A DNA stretch of 64,000 nucleotides, taken from the sequence record PP942979.1, one strand, 5' to 3'. The notes beneath the pieces were generated by a model. It was not told where the DNA came from, did not search any database, and worked only from the letters and a program-made list of their open reading frames with translations. Each line of letters opens with the position of its first letter. The stretch's first letter is position 1. Made by a program: the position numbers and the translations under genes. Of the stretch, positions 17,871 through 27,119 are shown in pieces.

Positions 17871-18310
17871 CAATCTGGTGGCCAACTATTCTAATCTGCT
17901 TAACGCCGCTGGCTGCCTGCTATGCCACTATCCCATGGTTCCGCGCTGCTGTTGATAGGCGCCTGCGATTTAAGTCTATGGACTATGATGCCTTGACTGA
18001 AATCTTTGATGATGGCATGCCTGAGCGTATGCGCATCGAATGTCTACAGGCAAAGTACAACGCGCACCAAGCGGACCATTCTTATGTGGATATTTATCCG
18101 CACAAAGAGGGTGTCGCAACTATTCGCTTTCATGTTGACCCTGAGTTTCCTATCGCACGTATGTTTCATGATGTGCTGGTGGGCAACTACAATGCTCTGG
18201 GAATCAAAACAAAGAAGGCGCCAGTGATAAGCATCAATCAGTCTGTGTATCGTGTGCTTGATTTTGAGTATGACGATCAGTACCTGTTGATTTACGTGAA
18301 ACACAACTAA
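17867..18310 (+). CDS. Hypothetical protein with an N-terminal hydrophobic segment
   Basis: GAGG RBS, ATG 17867. Confidence 0.65.
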   Translation: MTIWWPTILICLTPLAACYATIPWFRAAVDRRLRFKSMDYDALTEIFDDGMPERMRIECLQAKYNAHQADHSYVDIYPHKEGVATIRFHVDPEFPIARMFHDVLVGNYNALGIKTKKAPVISINQSVYRVLDFEYDDQYLLIYVKHN

Positions 18311-18319
18311 GGCATTATC

Positions 18320-18619
18320 ATGGTCACCCAACAACAACTCAAAGAGTTTTCTGCATTGCCTTCTCTTGACAGGAAAGTGTTTCTGCGTAGTAAGCAAGTA
18401 GAGATGTTGGGTGCCCTCCCTGATGTCGAAGCGATAGTTCGTGAGATGTTGTATCGCGCTATCGTGGTGGACGTAGCCCAAGCGGAGATGGCACTCCTAG
18501 CAGCACGTCAGATGTGCAAGAACAAGGATGTCAGACAAGCCATAGACGAACTACTTCAATTCGCGGCGAAGATACATGATGCCGCAACTGATACCCTTTT
18601 CCTTGGAGATATAGCATGA
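18320..18619 (+). CDS. Hypothetical protein (99 aa)
   Basis: ORF in array. Confidence 0.65.
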   Translation: MVTQQQLKEFSALPSLDRKVFLRSKQVEMLGALPDVEAIVREMLYRAIVVDVAQAEMALLAARQMCKNKDVRQAIDELLQFAAKIHDAATDTLFLGDIA

Positions 18620-19674
18620 ATACCATTTCTGGCGCAATGATTGACGAAGACGTTCTCGATTGGCTCGACAACTTCAACATGCACAAGCAGAAGAATATCT
18701 GCGAAGCAATTAACCAACTGGCGTATGCTAACCGTACCGAGCTGTCTATTCCAAACATGGACTCGGACGAAGATATTGCAGCGCTGTCTCACTCTGACCT
18801 CTTCAAAATCTTAACGCTGGCCAGCCCGAACGCGAAGTACGATCTTACTCTGTCTAACGTTCAACTGTTGGGTCTGGCAATGGGTGCAATGGGTGTCATT
18901 GAATACTCTATGCCGGAACTTAACAGCCCGGTTATGATCGCTCGCAAGTTTGCAGACATGCGCCGCAAGAACATCATCGGCTCTACTGGTGACCGCGATA
19001 AGATCATCAGGGCGCTTAATGAGTGGGTGTGTGGCCTGCGTGATATTGATTTGTCGAACGCTGGTGCAGACGAAACGCCTGAGCAAGCGGGCATGTATCT
19101 GTGCGTAGACGAACACGAACAAGTTCGTTACGGTCGCCTGTACCCGAACAGTAGTGAAGGTTTAACGTTCTGTGAATCGTATGCAGACGGTGGATCGACT
19201 ATGTGGTACAGCGGCAACACTGAGCATACCACCGAAGATGACCTGCCGATAACGTTGCTGACTCATTGGGTACTGGTATCAGAGTGGCATAGCCCGAACG
19301 TTAAAGCCGCGCAGAAAGTTATTCCTATGGAAGTGCGTGACACACATCGCATCTTTATGTTCCTGCGCGGACTCAGCCCGCATGTGAAAGCAGAGCTGGT
19401 GGCACACTTCGACGGCGTACTCGACTATAAAGACCCAACGTCCGTTGACGCTATCGGTCGCCTGACTGAACACGACTGGCAGATGGCTGCGATAAGTATT
19501 GCAGATGACAACAAACTTCCTGAAGGTGCCTCGGCGTGGAAAGAAGTGACAGCGTGGGTCTGCTTCGTAGCGTCGCTTGAATCTTTGGGTTTCAATTTTC
19601 AAACACGTCAGTTTGACCCGCAGTTCGACTATCAGGCAAACGACGATGACCTGGAGGAAGACGACGAAGAATGA
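18616..19674 (+). CDS. Hypothetical multi-domain protein with an acidic tail
   Basis: GGAG RBS; 352 aa. Confidence 0.75.
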   Translation: MNTISGAMIDEDVLDWLDNFNMHKQKNICEAINQLAYANRTELSIPNMDSDEDIAALSHSDLFKILTLASPNAKYDLTLSNVQLLGLAMGAMGVIEYSMPELNSPVMIARKFADMRRKNIIGSTGDRDKIIRALNEWVCGLRDIDLSNAGADETPEQAGMYLCVDEHEQVRYGRLYPNSSEGLTFCESYADGGSTMWYSGNTEHTTEDDLPITLLTHWVLVSEWHSPNVKAAQKVIPMEVRDTHRIFMFLRGLSPHVKAELVAHFDGVLDYKDPTSVDAIGRLTEHDWQMAAISIADDNKLPEGASAWKEVTAWVCFVASLESLGFNFQTRQFDPQFDYQANDDDLEEDDEE

Positions 19675-19877
19675 ACAGACGAATGATCGCTTTGCTTGCG
19701 CTGGTGATCTTCTGCTTGGTGGGAGCAGTTGCTTCCGCCGAAGCAGCAAACCACTACAACATTATGTTGTGTCTTGGCCTGACACTTATGTTTCTGGCAG
19801 GCTTCTTTATCTGTGTAGAATGTTTCCGTAAGACTTCGTGGGAACAACAAAACAAAAAGGACAAAAAGAATGGCTAA
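19671..19877 (+). CDS. Small membrane protein (2 TM)
   Basis: Two hydrophobic segments and a basic C-terminus. Confidence 0.65.
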   Translation: MNRRMIALLALVIFCLVGAVASAEAANHYNIMLCLGLTLMFLAGFFICVECFRKTSWEQQNKKDKKNG

Positions 19878-20403
19878 ATCACTCGGCGTTTACCTGACGT
19901 ATGTTCTGCGCCACAAGCCTCAGGATATTGGTATCGCTATGGACACGCAGGGCTGGGTGTCGGTCTCTGACCTGTTAGAGAAAGCGAAGTATGTTAAGCC
20001 AGTCACTCTCGATATGTTAGTCGCAGAAGTAGACGCAGACGAGAAGGGTCGCTTTGAGTTCAATCGTGACCAGACAAAGATTCGCTGTGTTCAGGGGCAC
20101 TCGGTCGAGCATGTTATCATCAACATGGAAGAATGGACTGAGTTGGCTCCACTGTATCACGGCACGGCAGAAAAGAACGTGTCGTCAATCATGCACGAAG
20201 GTATTCTGAAACGCAAACGCAAGCACGTCCATATCAGCAACGATATTGAAACGGCGCAGCGTGTTGGTCAACGTCACGGAGAACCTGTTGTGTTTGAGAT
20301 TGACGCTCGGGCCATGATCACTCACGGCTACAAGTTCTACCGAGCAGAAAACGGTGTTATCCTAACTGACCACGTACCGTCCCGATATATCAAGTTGGTG
20401 TAG
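19870..20403 (+). CDS. kptA: RNA 2'-phosphotransferase, Tpt1/KptA family
   Basis: LRHKP, MDTQGWV, KGRFE, IRCVQGHS, LYHGT, RKHVHIS, GQRHG and NGVILTDHVP all match Tpt1/KptA motifs. Confidence 0.93.
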   Translation: MAKSLGVYLTYVLRHKPQDIGIAMDTQGWVSVSDLLEKAKYVKPVTLDMLVAEVDADEKGRFEFNRDQTKIRCVQGHSVEHVIINMEEWTELAPLYHGTAEKNVSSIMHEGILKRKRKHVHISNDIETAQRVGQRHGEPVVFEIDARAMITHGYKFYRAENGVILTDHVPSRYIKLV

Positions 20404-20405
20404 TT

Positions 20406-20807
20406 ATGGAAAAGACGTACATGAGTCATTGGGGATCGCGCTATGTGCGGTCGTCATCGGGACGATGGTTCTCAGTTCATGGACGTGAAGGAACAATGGT
20501 GACCAATCGGTATGGAACGACGTTCTACCGTAGCGGTTCAGAAGTGTGGCGCGACATAACCAAAGGGTGGGAGATAGCTCTGGAGCGCGAACTGCATAGT
20601 CGAACTCGAAAGGACTTTGAGGCGATTAATGAGAAGTTCCTTCACTGGGGTAAGATAATCAGAACGATGATTGAGCAAGGGATCGCAGAGAACAACCAGC
20701 ATACTCAAGACTTAGCTGAGATGCTTGAGGCGCAGCGCATCAAATCTTACGGACCCAAAATCGAGCAACTACGCATAATACTGGATGAAACAGCCATTAA
20801 AAGCTGA
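20406..20807 (+). CDS. Hypothetical protein (133 aa)
   Basis: ORF in array. Confidence 0.65.
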   Translation: MEKTYMSHWGSRYVRSSSGRWFSVHGREGTMVTNRYGTTFYRSGSEVWRDITKGWEIALERELHSRTRKDFEAINEKFLHWGKIIRTMIEQGIAENNQHTQDLAEMLEAQRIKSYGPKIEQLRIILDETAIKS

Positions 20808-20825
20808 GTCTGATTGTGTTATAAT
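20781..20825 (+). promoter_or_regulatory. Conserved phage promoter P4 (overlaps the end of the upstream CDS)
   Basis: CTGGATGAAA box 39 bp before TG-T-TATAAT. Confidence 0.75.
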
Positions 20826-20874
20826 AGAGATGAACGCTAGACATTCGTTTAGCTACTTACATGAGGATATGTAT

Positions 20875-21210
20875 ATGAAAAAGTCAAAAGTTAAAGCAGA
20901 AGTTGTTGCACCTACTATTGAAGGCCGCCCATTCACTTTGTACAACGCCTCGCCTATTCCTGAGGTATCAGAAACACCATTCGCTGATCGTGATACATTT
21001 CTTCCTATGCTGCGTAAAGTTCAGGACGCTGCTCAACTGGAACGCATTCGTGGTTTATCCTGCTGTCCGTATTGCCGTGAGACAATGATGCTTGGTGAAT
21101 ACACCAAAGACAACTGGCTCTGGTCATACTGCTATCAGCACATGATTGAGCACCACAACGTAACGCCGTCCGCAGAATTTATTGCTTACGTCGAAGCTGC
21201 TTCCAAGTAA
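20875..21210 (+). CDS. Hypothetical protein with a CPYC...HMIEHH putative zinc finger
   Basis: GAGGA RBS; Cys/His ligand pattern. Confidence 0.7.
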   Translation: MKKSKVKAEVVAPTIEGRPFTLYNASPIPEVSETPFADRDTFLPMLRKVQDAAQLERIRGLSCCPYCRETMMLGEYTKDNWLWSYCYQHMIEHHNVTPSAEFIAYVEAASK

Positions 21211-21236
21211 CCTGAAATTTAGCTGAGGATATGTAC

Positions 21237-22643
21237 ATGAAAAAGATTAAACACACCTTCCGCCTGACTGACTTGGTTCGTATTGCCGATGAACTTCCTT
21301 CGACCAAGAGCGCTTTCACTTCTGGTGAAGATGCAATTGTTGTTGGTCGTGATGAAACAGAAGATAAGTATAAACTTCACATCAAGCATGAAGGCGAATG
21401 TGCTTGGTATCACGCAGAGCACCTGACGCTGATTAAACACAATCAGAGCGAATTGCTCGACAAGTGGGAAGCCGGTAAGTACGGCAAGAAGAAAAAGAAA
21501 GAGCGCAAGATTCCTGACGAACTGCGCAACTTCACCGCTATTCTGCCTGTGACCTGTAACGCTGATTGCTCTTTCTGTCCTGAGAAAGAGATGGAGAATA
21601 AAGCAGATCAGAAAGCGTGGTCAAACAATCTGATTGCTGCGATTAAGGCACATGGCCATCGCGTTGACCACGTATCAATCTCTGGCGGTGAGCCTACACT
21701 TCGCATGAAGTACCTGTTCGAAACGATCGACCGCATTCGTGCTGAAACAGGTATGCGTAAAGTGGGTCTGACTTCTAACGGTCAGTTCCTTGAGAAGCAC
21801 AATCAAACAATGACGTTCCTCGATCTTAACACGGACGAGATGCTGGAGAGCAAGCTATCGCATCTGAATATCAGTATGCACTCATTCGACCGTGAGAAAG
21901 CAAACAAGATCATGGGCGTCAAGTATACGTGGACGATTGAAGACCTGGTTCGCTTCCGCCGTCAGTTAGGGCGCAAGCTGAGTTTCCACATCAACTTCGT
22001 TATCAACAAAGAGAACATCGACAGCATCGAGTGGGAGTTTCGTCAGGCAAACGAGTTCATGAAAGCAAACCCGTGGATAGACGTTGTGTTCCGTGTTGAC
22101 TACGACAATAAGAAACTAAGCAAAGAACTGCGCAAGTATGGTCAAGCTGTACAGGCTGCGCGTGAAGAAAAGCGTCCGCGTGATAAGAGCATCAAGTATA
22201 CTCCTAAGAAAGTCAAAGAACCTGAACTGATTAAACTGTTCAACTCTATCTTTGACGGCAGCTATTACGACGAACTGACGGAAGAAACTCTGCCTGGTTT
22301 CGGTGACACGTTTACTACAGGCTGCCCGTCCTGCTTCACGCATCGTAGTACCGATCTCGGTAACAGCTTTGCGTATCTGAAAGCGTCTTCATACGAACCG
22401 AACGAAGACGAAGAAGAATATACTGAGATGGTATTCCACATGGACGGCAGCCTGTACTTCGACTGGTCGCGCAAAGAGCCTGTACCAGAAGTGAAAGCGA
22501 AGAAGGCTAAACCTCTGCCTCGTTTGAAGAAAGCTAAGAAGGCTGAACCGAAAGGTTATCCTGATAGCTGCGACTTTGGTTCTTCTCGTTGTGGATTCAC
22601 TGGCGGTAACGGGCGTTGTGGTTTCGGTAGCGGCATGTGCTAA
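21237..22643 (+). CDS. Radical SAM enzyme with N-terminal SH3-like domain and Cys/Gly-rich C-terminal tail
   Basis: CNADCSFC (CxxxCxxC), SISGGEPTL, LTSNG and HLNISMHS motifs. Confidence 0.88.
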   Translation: MKKIKHTFRLTDLVRIADELPSTKSAFTSGEDAIVVGRDETEDKYKLHIKHEGECAWYHAEHLTLIKHNQSELLDKWEAGKYGKKKKKERKIPDELRNFTAILPVTCNADCSFCPEKEMENKADQKAWSNNLIAAIKAHGHRVDHVSISGGEPTLRMKYLFETIDRIRAETGMRKVGLTSNGQFLEKHNQTMTFLDLNTDEMLESKLSHLNISMHSFDREKANKIMGVKYTWTIEDLVRFRRQLGRKLSFHINFVINKENIDSIEWEFRQANEFMKANPWIDVVFRVDYDNKKLSKELRKYGQAVQAAREEKRPRDKSIKYTPKKVKEPELIKLFNSIFDGSYYDELTEETLPGFGDTFTTGCPSCFTHRSTDLGNSFAYLKASSYEPNEDEEEYTEMVFHMDGSLYFDWSRKEPVPEVKAKKAKPLPRLKKAKKAEPKGYPDSCDFGSSRCGFTGGNGRCGFGSGMC

Positions 22644-22658
22644 TAGGAAAAACTAAAA

Positions 22659-23264
22659 ATGGCTACTCAATTAGAAGTGAACAAGTTCCTGACCGAGTTT
22701 GAAAAGAAATTCCGTCAATCTATCCCGCTGCTTGGGCAGGAAGAGTTCTTTGCTTGTGTGCTTGAGCAAACCAATCGTGAAAGCTACATCGTGTGTCTTG
22801 AGGACGAATCGCTTCTTGAGATGTTTGAGCAGGAAGAGTCTGGCCCGTTAAGTGGTTTCGAGTTCCTTGAAAACGAACTAGATCGGATAGAAGCTGAGTT
22901 GGACCAAGACCCTGGCTTCCGCGTTCTGCGTATTGCGTTTGCAAACTGGGCAGGAACAACCAAAGAGCTGGAGAACATTATGCTCTGTGTTATGGACGAG
23001 ATGGGTTTTGATCTGGATGATCATCCTGAACTTATTATTGAACCTGTGGTTGAAATCAAACTGAATGCAGACGAATTGAAAGCACTGTTCTCGGTAGTTC
23101 AGGAATATACAGGACCCGAAGTTCATCGTCTGTATGCGATGTATATCGTTCGTAAGCTGGAGCGTGTTGCTACAGGCCGTCCTCTGCTAGAGAAGTTCGC
23201 GTACCTCAATAAGTCTAGCAGTGAACAGGAACTCAAGACCGTTCTTGCTGAGATGGGAGAATAG
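22659..23264 (+). CDS. Acidic hypothetical protein
   Basis: AGGA RBS. Confidence 0.7.
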   Translation: MATQLEVNKFLTEFEKKFRQSIPLLGQEEFFACVLEQTNRESYIVCLEDESLLEMFEQEESGPLSGFEFLENELDRIEAELDQDPGFRVLRIAFANWAGTTKELENIMLCVMDEMGFDLDDHPELIIEPVVEIKLNADELKALFSVVQEYTGPEVHRLYAMYIVRKLERVATGRPLLEKFAYLNKSSSEQELKTVLAEMGE

Positions 23265-23265
23265 C

Positions 23266-23622
23266 ATGACTCGTAACTTTTACTATCACAGTCCGTTCTA
23301 CTACGGGCTTATCGTATGGCGCAGGCGCCTCGCTATTACAGGCGCTATGCTGATTGCTATTCTGATCATGCACGGCCGTTCAGCGCCTGCTGTTGAGGAC
23401 ATGTGGTTCTGGACAGGCATCATCTTCGGTCTTGTTGGCGGTGTATGCTACATTCGCATGTGGTCTTATGAGCAATACCTGCTCGCTGCAATGGGCCCGC
23501 TTGATAACAACACTATTGTGGGTTCGTTGAACTTCGATAAGATCGAACGTAAACACGCAGTCTGGTACGAGAAGAAGTTTGGCTGCAAGCCTCCTAAAAC
23601 TAACACATGGAGTATCGACTGA
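23266..23622 (+). CDS. Membrane protein (2 TM)
   Basis: GGAG RBS; two hydrophobic segments. Confidence 0.65.
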   Translation: MTRNFYYHSPFYYGLIVWRRRLAITGAMLIAILIMHGRSAPAVEDMWFWTGIIFGLVGGVCYIRMWSYEQYLLAAMGPLDNNTIVGSLNFDKIERKHAVWYEKKFGCKPPKTNTWSID

Positions 23623-24089
23623 TGCCTCGCATGTTCACTGATACACACCGTAAGAAATACTTTCGCCGTGCTGATGACCCGCAATATCATGGTCACAAGT
23701 GCGAGGGCATTTACCGTGAAGCAATGGCGACGCTACAGAATCTGCATTATTACAAGCAAGCCATTGGTGCGATGCGTATGCGCGAGCGTATGACTGTAGA
23801 TACGTCTCGAAAGTTTCAAGAGTGGGAACGTCTCGGTACGTTGATTAAAGGCAATCCGAGTTATGAGGAATTGCGTTCAGCGGTCAACATGTGTGCGTTC
23901 AGGCTCAAGCGTCTTCGCATTGAATATACCGAAGAGCATTCACGGCGACACAATCAACCACTGAGTTTTGAAGTGAGAGATGCGGACAACAATCGCGTTG
24001 ACGTGTTCGTGACTCACGAAGCAGCGAGATACTGCAAACTGCACTCTGGTCTCGGTGCAAACATCATTCGTTATGAGGAACAGAAATAA
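23622..24089 (+). CDS. Hypothetical protein
   Basis: TGATG coupling. Confidence 0.65.
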   Translation: MPRMFTDTHRKKYFRRADDPQYHGHKCEGIYREAMATLQNLHYYKQAIGAMRMRERMTVDTSRKFQEWERLGTLIKGNPSYEELRSAVNMCAFRLKRLRIEYTEEHSRRHNQPLSFEVRDADNNRVDVFVTHEAARYCKLHSGLGANIIRYEEQK

Positions 24090-24090
24090 A

Positions 24091-24354
24091 ATGGCTGTAG
24101 GCTTTGTGAAAGACGATGGCGTAAACGATACCATCGAAACAAACGTAATGAACGAGATTGACCGCGCTCGTTCTGAACTTCAAGGCGTAGGTTCTGATTA
24201 CTGCGTCAACCCTGACTGCGGTGAAAAGATTCCTGTGATGCGTAAGCTCGCTATGCCGAATGCGCGTTACTGCATTAACTGTCAGGCAAGTCACGATGGT
24301 TCTGCTCATGCTGGCTACAATCGTCGTGGCTCCAAAGACTCTCAATTGAGGTAG
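24091..24354 (+). CDS. ybiI: DksA/TraR-family C4 zinc-finger protein (YbiI-like)
   Basis: N-terminal GFVKDDGVND (TraR DxxD-like), CVNPDCGEKIP..RKLAMPNARYCINCQ, and C-terminal GYNRRGSKDSQLR as recalled for enterobacterial YbiI. Confidence 0.85.
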   Translation: MAVGFVKDDGVNDTIETNVMNEIDRARSELQGVGSDYCVNPDCGEKIPVMRKLAMPNARYCINCQASHDGSAHAGYNRRGSKDSQLR

Positions 24355-24356
24355 TC

Positions 24357-24512
24357 ATGGACATTAAAGCTAGCCCTGAAGAACGCAAAGAACCGTATTC
24401 CCGCTGCACTGACTGCCGTACTCCTCTGGCTGAGGGTGAAGTGTATGGTGAGTGGGATGACCTGTGTGAAAATTGCTCCGCTGATCGTGAAGACGAAGGC
24501 GAATCAACCTGA
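24357..24512 (+). CDS. Small CxxC-x16-CxxC zinc-ribbon protein (51 aa, absent from the ORF track)
   Basis: GAGG RBS; translated by hand as MDIKASPEERKEPYSRCTDCRTPLAEGEVYGEWDDLCENCSADREDEGEST; fills the gap between genes. Confidence 0.7.
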   Translation: MDIKASPEERKEPYSRCTDCRTPLAEGEVYGEWDDLCENCSADREDEGEST

Positions 24513-24526
24513 ATAAGGAGAACACC

Positions 24527-25165
24527 GTGGACAGTATCATTCAATTCCTCATGGACGAGGACGAAGTGCAAGACGCACTTACTGCATACCGCACTGACCC
24601 GACCGAAGCTAATAAGCGTCGTGTGGTTGAAACGATTCTTGCGGAACGCGAAACGGCAAAACGTATTGAGCCTGATTTGCCTGTAGTTAAGCCTAAGCCT
24701 ATTCATCGGTATGTGCTTATACCGAACGTCACCACTATCTATAAACAAAACGTGACGAGTACAGGGAAGGGCGGCACTACAATGTCACGCAACATAGACC
24801 CGGAACGTAAGTCGATAGCTGCTCTTGCTAGACGCGCCGCTGATCACATTCATCAGCTTGGAGGTTCTGCTGCCTACGTCCGTTTTGAATTTGACGAATG
24901 GCAGGCGCTGTTTGAGAACGAAGGCCACGTTGGCACAGTCAACATGTTCAACAACATCCAAGAGTACGACGATTTGGATAAGATAGCTGACGCGCTGAAT
25001 ACTTTTATTGCGCGACTTGGTAACGTCGATAGCCCTGAGTACGGAGCAAAACTTCTGCGTAAGATGTACGCTGTAGCACAGGGTAAGATTGATGACACTA
25101 TCGGCAAGGCGATTATTCGCATGATAGATACGTCTGGCACCAAGAACGTACCCAGCTTACTGTAA
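24527..25165 (+). CDS. Hypothetical protein (GTG start)
   Basis: AAGGAG RBS. Confidence 0.7.
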   Translation: MDSIIQFLMDEDEVQDALTAYRTDPTEANKRRVVETILAERETAKRIEPDLPVVKPKPIHRYVLIPNVTTIYKQNVTSTGKGGTTMSRNIDPERKSIAALARRAADHIHQLGGSAAYVRFEFDEWQALFENEGHVGTVNMFNNIQEYDDLDKIADALNTFIARLGNVDSPEYGAKLLRKMYAVAQGKIDDTIGKAIIRMIDTSGTKNVPSLL

Positions 25166-25197
25166 AGAACAGACAGTCGAATAACGAGGATAATAAA

Positions 25198-25557
25198 ATG
25201 ATCAGACAAGTTCCTATCAGAATCTCCAGCAAAGAGCCTAACACTTCAATCGAAGAAGTTGCTCTTGTTCGCGGCTTCAAAAACTACACCGTTGTTGTTC
25301 GCGGTCCGTGGCGTCTTATTCGTTGTACCGATACTGTTGACCTCAAAGTCGTGCTTATCGGACCTTACGACGTAACGCCAAACATTACAGGCTACGAGAT
25401 TCTGACCTCTGCTGGTTTCTCGTCAGTCGATGCTGCGTTAGCTCTTGGTGCAAAACACTATGAAGTTAAGACGTGGCAGAAGCAACAACGCGCTCGCCTG
25501 AAAGCAGCAAAAGCACAACCGCGCCTCGGCCGTACTAACGCACTCGACGATCTTTAA
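25198..25557 (+). CDS. Hypothetical protein (119 aa)
   Basis: GAGG RBS. Confidence 0.7.
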   Translation: MIRQVPIRISSKEPNTSIEEVALVRGFKNYTVVVRGPWRLIRCTDTVDLKVVLIGPYDVTPNITGYEILTSAGFSSVDAALALGAKHYEVKTWQKQQRARLKAAKAQPRLGRTNALDDL

Positions 25558-25567
25558 GGAGCAAACA

Positions 25568-26368
25568 ATGAAACAGTTATTCGTAGGTAGCTACCCGAAC
25601 ACTAAGAAGTTTTCTGACCTCGACGCGCGTGACCGTGTGTGCGAGATTCGTGTCATGATCGCCAACGCGTACACAACGTTGCGCGATGCTATTGGCGAAG
25701 AAGCCAAGAACGAAACGAATACCTTCCACGGACCGTGGTTAGTGTTTCGCAATCTCATGAACGAACACCCGGCCGCGTGTCTTGAAGAATATCGTCATGC
25801 TGCGGTCTACTTCGACACTGATACCGAAGATCAGATCAGTGAGATCTGCAAGCTGATTGAGCAACACAATGAACTGGTTCGTCAGGAGTACGAACTGAAA
25901 GGTCTGCATCAACATCAGGCTGACGCGATGGTTGGCATTCAGGCAAGCCCTGCCACCCACGAAGTAACTATGCGCGTAGGTGTAGGCAAAACACGCAGCG
26001 AAGGTGCGTTTGACTATCAGTTGTCTGGCAATAACCCGCACCTGACTATGGCCGATAGCGTTCGCAAGTATATCGAACTGGCTGCTGAGAAAGAATCCGT
26101 ATTTGCCTTCTGTGTCATGCTGACCAAGAAGTTGAAGTCAGATTGCTATGACCGTTACGAAGATATGACTCAGGAAGAAATGATTGAGTGCGTACACGGT
26201 CTTATTCTAGCTTCGTCTCAGAGCGTGAAGTGCATCCGCGAACACGTTGAGTCCGCCGCTAACGAACTCTCTATGCCGTATGCGCAGTTCATTACTGATG
26301 CTAACTCTGACTTCGATGCAGAAGATGATCAGGCGGCTGGCGATGAAAACTACGCTCTCCGTGGTTAA
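25568..26368 (+). CDS. Hypothetical protein (266 aa)
   Basis: AAGGAG RBS. Confidence 0.75.
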   Translation: MKQLFVGSYPNTKKFSDLDARDRVCEIRVMIANAYTTLRDAIGEEAKNETNTFHGPWLVFRNLMNEHPAACLEEYRHAAVYFDTDTEDQISEICKLIEQHNELVRQEYELKGLHQHQADAMVGIQASPATHEVTMRVGVGKTRSEGAFDYQLSGNNPHLTMADSVRKYIELAAEKESVFAFCVMLTKKLKSDCYDRYEDMTQEEMIECVHGLILASSQSVKCIREHVESAANELSMPYAQFITDANSDFDAEDDQAAGDENYALRG

Positions 26369-26546
26369 ACGTTACTGGCGCGAAGCTCTGATACTTGCCG
26401 TGCTGCTCGTCATTGCTATCGCGCTTCCTTATTTCGAAGTACGCAGTCCTGCATTAACAATGCTGGTGGCTATTATTGTTGCTGCGTACTTCTTTGCTAC
26501 TTGGGCATGTAAACCGCGTTATGGAGATAACAGTGAAAAAGAATGA
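26343..26546 (+). CDS. Small membrane protein (2 TM)
   Basis: MKTTLSVVKRYWREALILAVLLVIAIALP... hydrophobic pattern. Confidence 0.55.
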   Translation: MKTTLSVVKRYWREALILAVLLVIAIALPYFEVRSPALTMLVAIIVAAYFFATWACKPRYGDNSEKE

Positions 26547-27084
26547 AGTGGTACTGAGTGCAAGCGAAGTCGCTGACGGCGTGGATAAAATCAATCAGGC
26601 GCTGCTGGAAGTTGGTCTGCGTTGTAGCATCGGTGATGTTGGGTACGAGCCGACATATACTGATGACCTCGGTGAAACACAAGGCGGTTGGTACGCACAG
26701 TTTGATAAGAAGTCCCGCGACAAGCTGCGTCAATCAAAGCAGGTATCGTGGCACAACACGGGAATGATTGGCGGTGATACACTTGAGGAGATTCTCAAAG
26801 TGATCGCCTGTCTTAAATTCCGTAATCACAAGAAAGAGCCGACCTTGGTTCAAGTTGAAAAGGTAATGTACACGATGACTAAAGAAGGCGCTACAAAGAA
26901 AGCTCTTGAAGTCTACAACTCAGCCGCGCCCTTGTCTGACGAAGACCTCAAGTTGTGTATCGATCACTTCCGCACACTGGAAGAGTTAATCAAAGTTGAC
27001 CCGATGTTGAAGCTGGCGCAGCCTTATGTTGTAAACAACCTCTATCAACTCGAAAACTATCTACACGCTCGTAAGAGCAAGTAA
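26521..27084 (+). CDS. Hypothetical protein
   Basis: ORF followed by a terminator; start uncertain. Confidence 0.7.
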   Translation: MEITVKKNEVVLSASEVADGVDKINQALLEVGLRCSIGDVGYEPTYTDDLGETQGGWYAQFDKKSRDKLRQSKQVSWHNTGMIGGDTLEEILKVIACLKFRNHKKEPTLVQVEKVMYTMTKEGATKKALEVYNSAAPLSDEDLKLCIDHFRTLEELIKVDPMLKLAQPYVVNNLYQLENYLHARKSK

Positions 27085-27091
27085 TAATCAT

Positions 27092-27119
27092 GGGAGGCCC
27101 TTAGCAGGGTTTCCCTTTT
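27092..27119 (+). terminator. Intrinsic terminator
   Basis: GGGAGGCCCT-TAGC-AGGGTTTCCC followed by TTTT. Confidence 0.75.

Noticed and set aside
21237-22643. Assigning the radical SAM protein to a specific pathway (QueE, NrdG, MoaA)
   Set aside because: No partner genes (queC/D, folE, nrdD) are in the window and family-specific motifs were not recognised.
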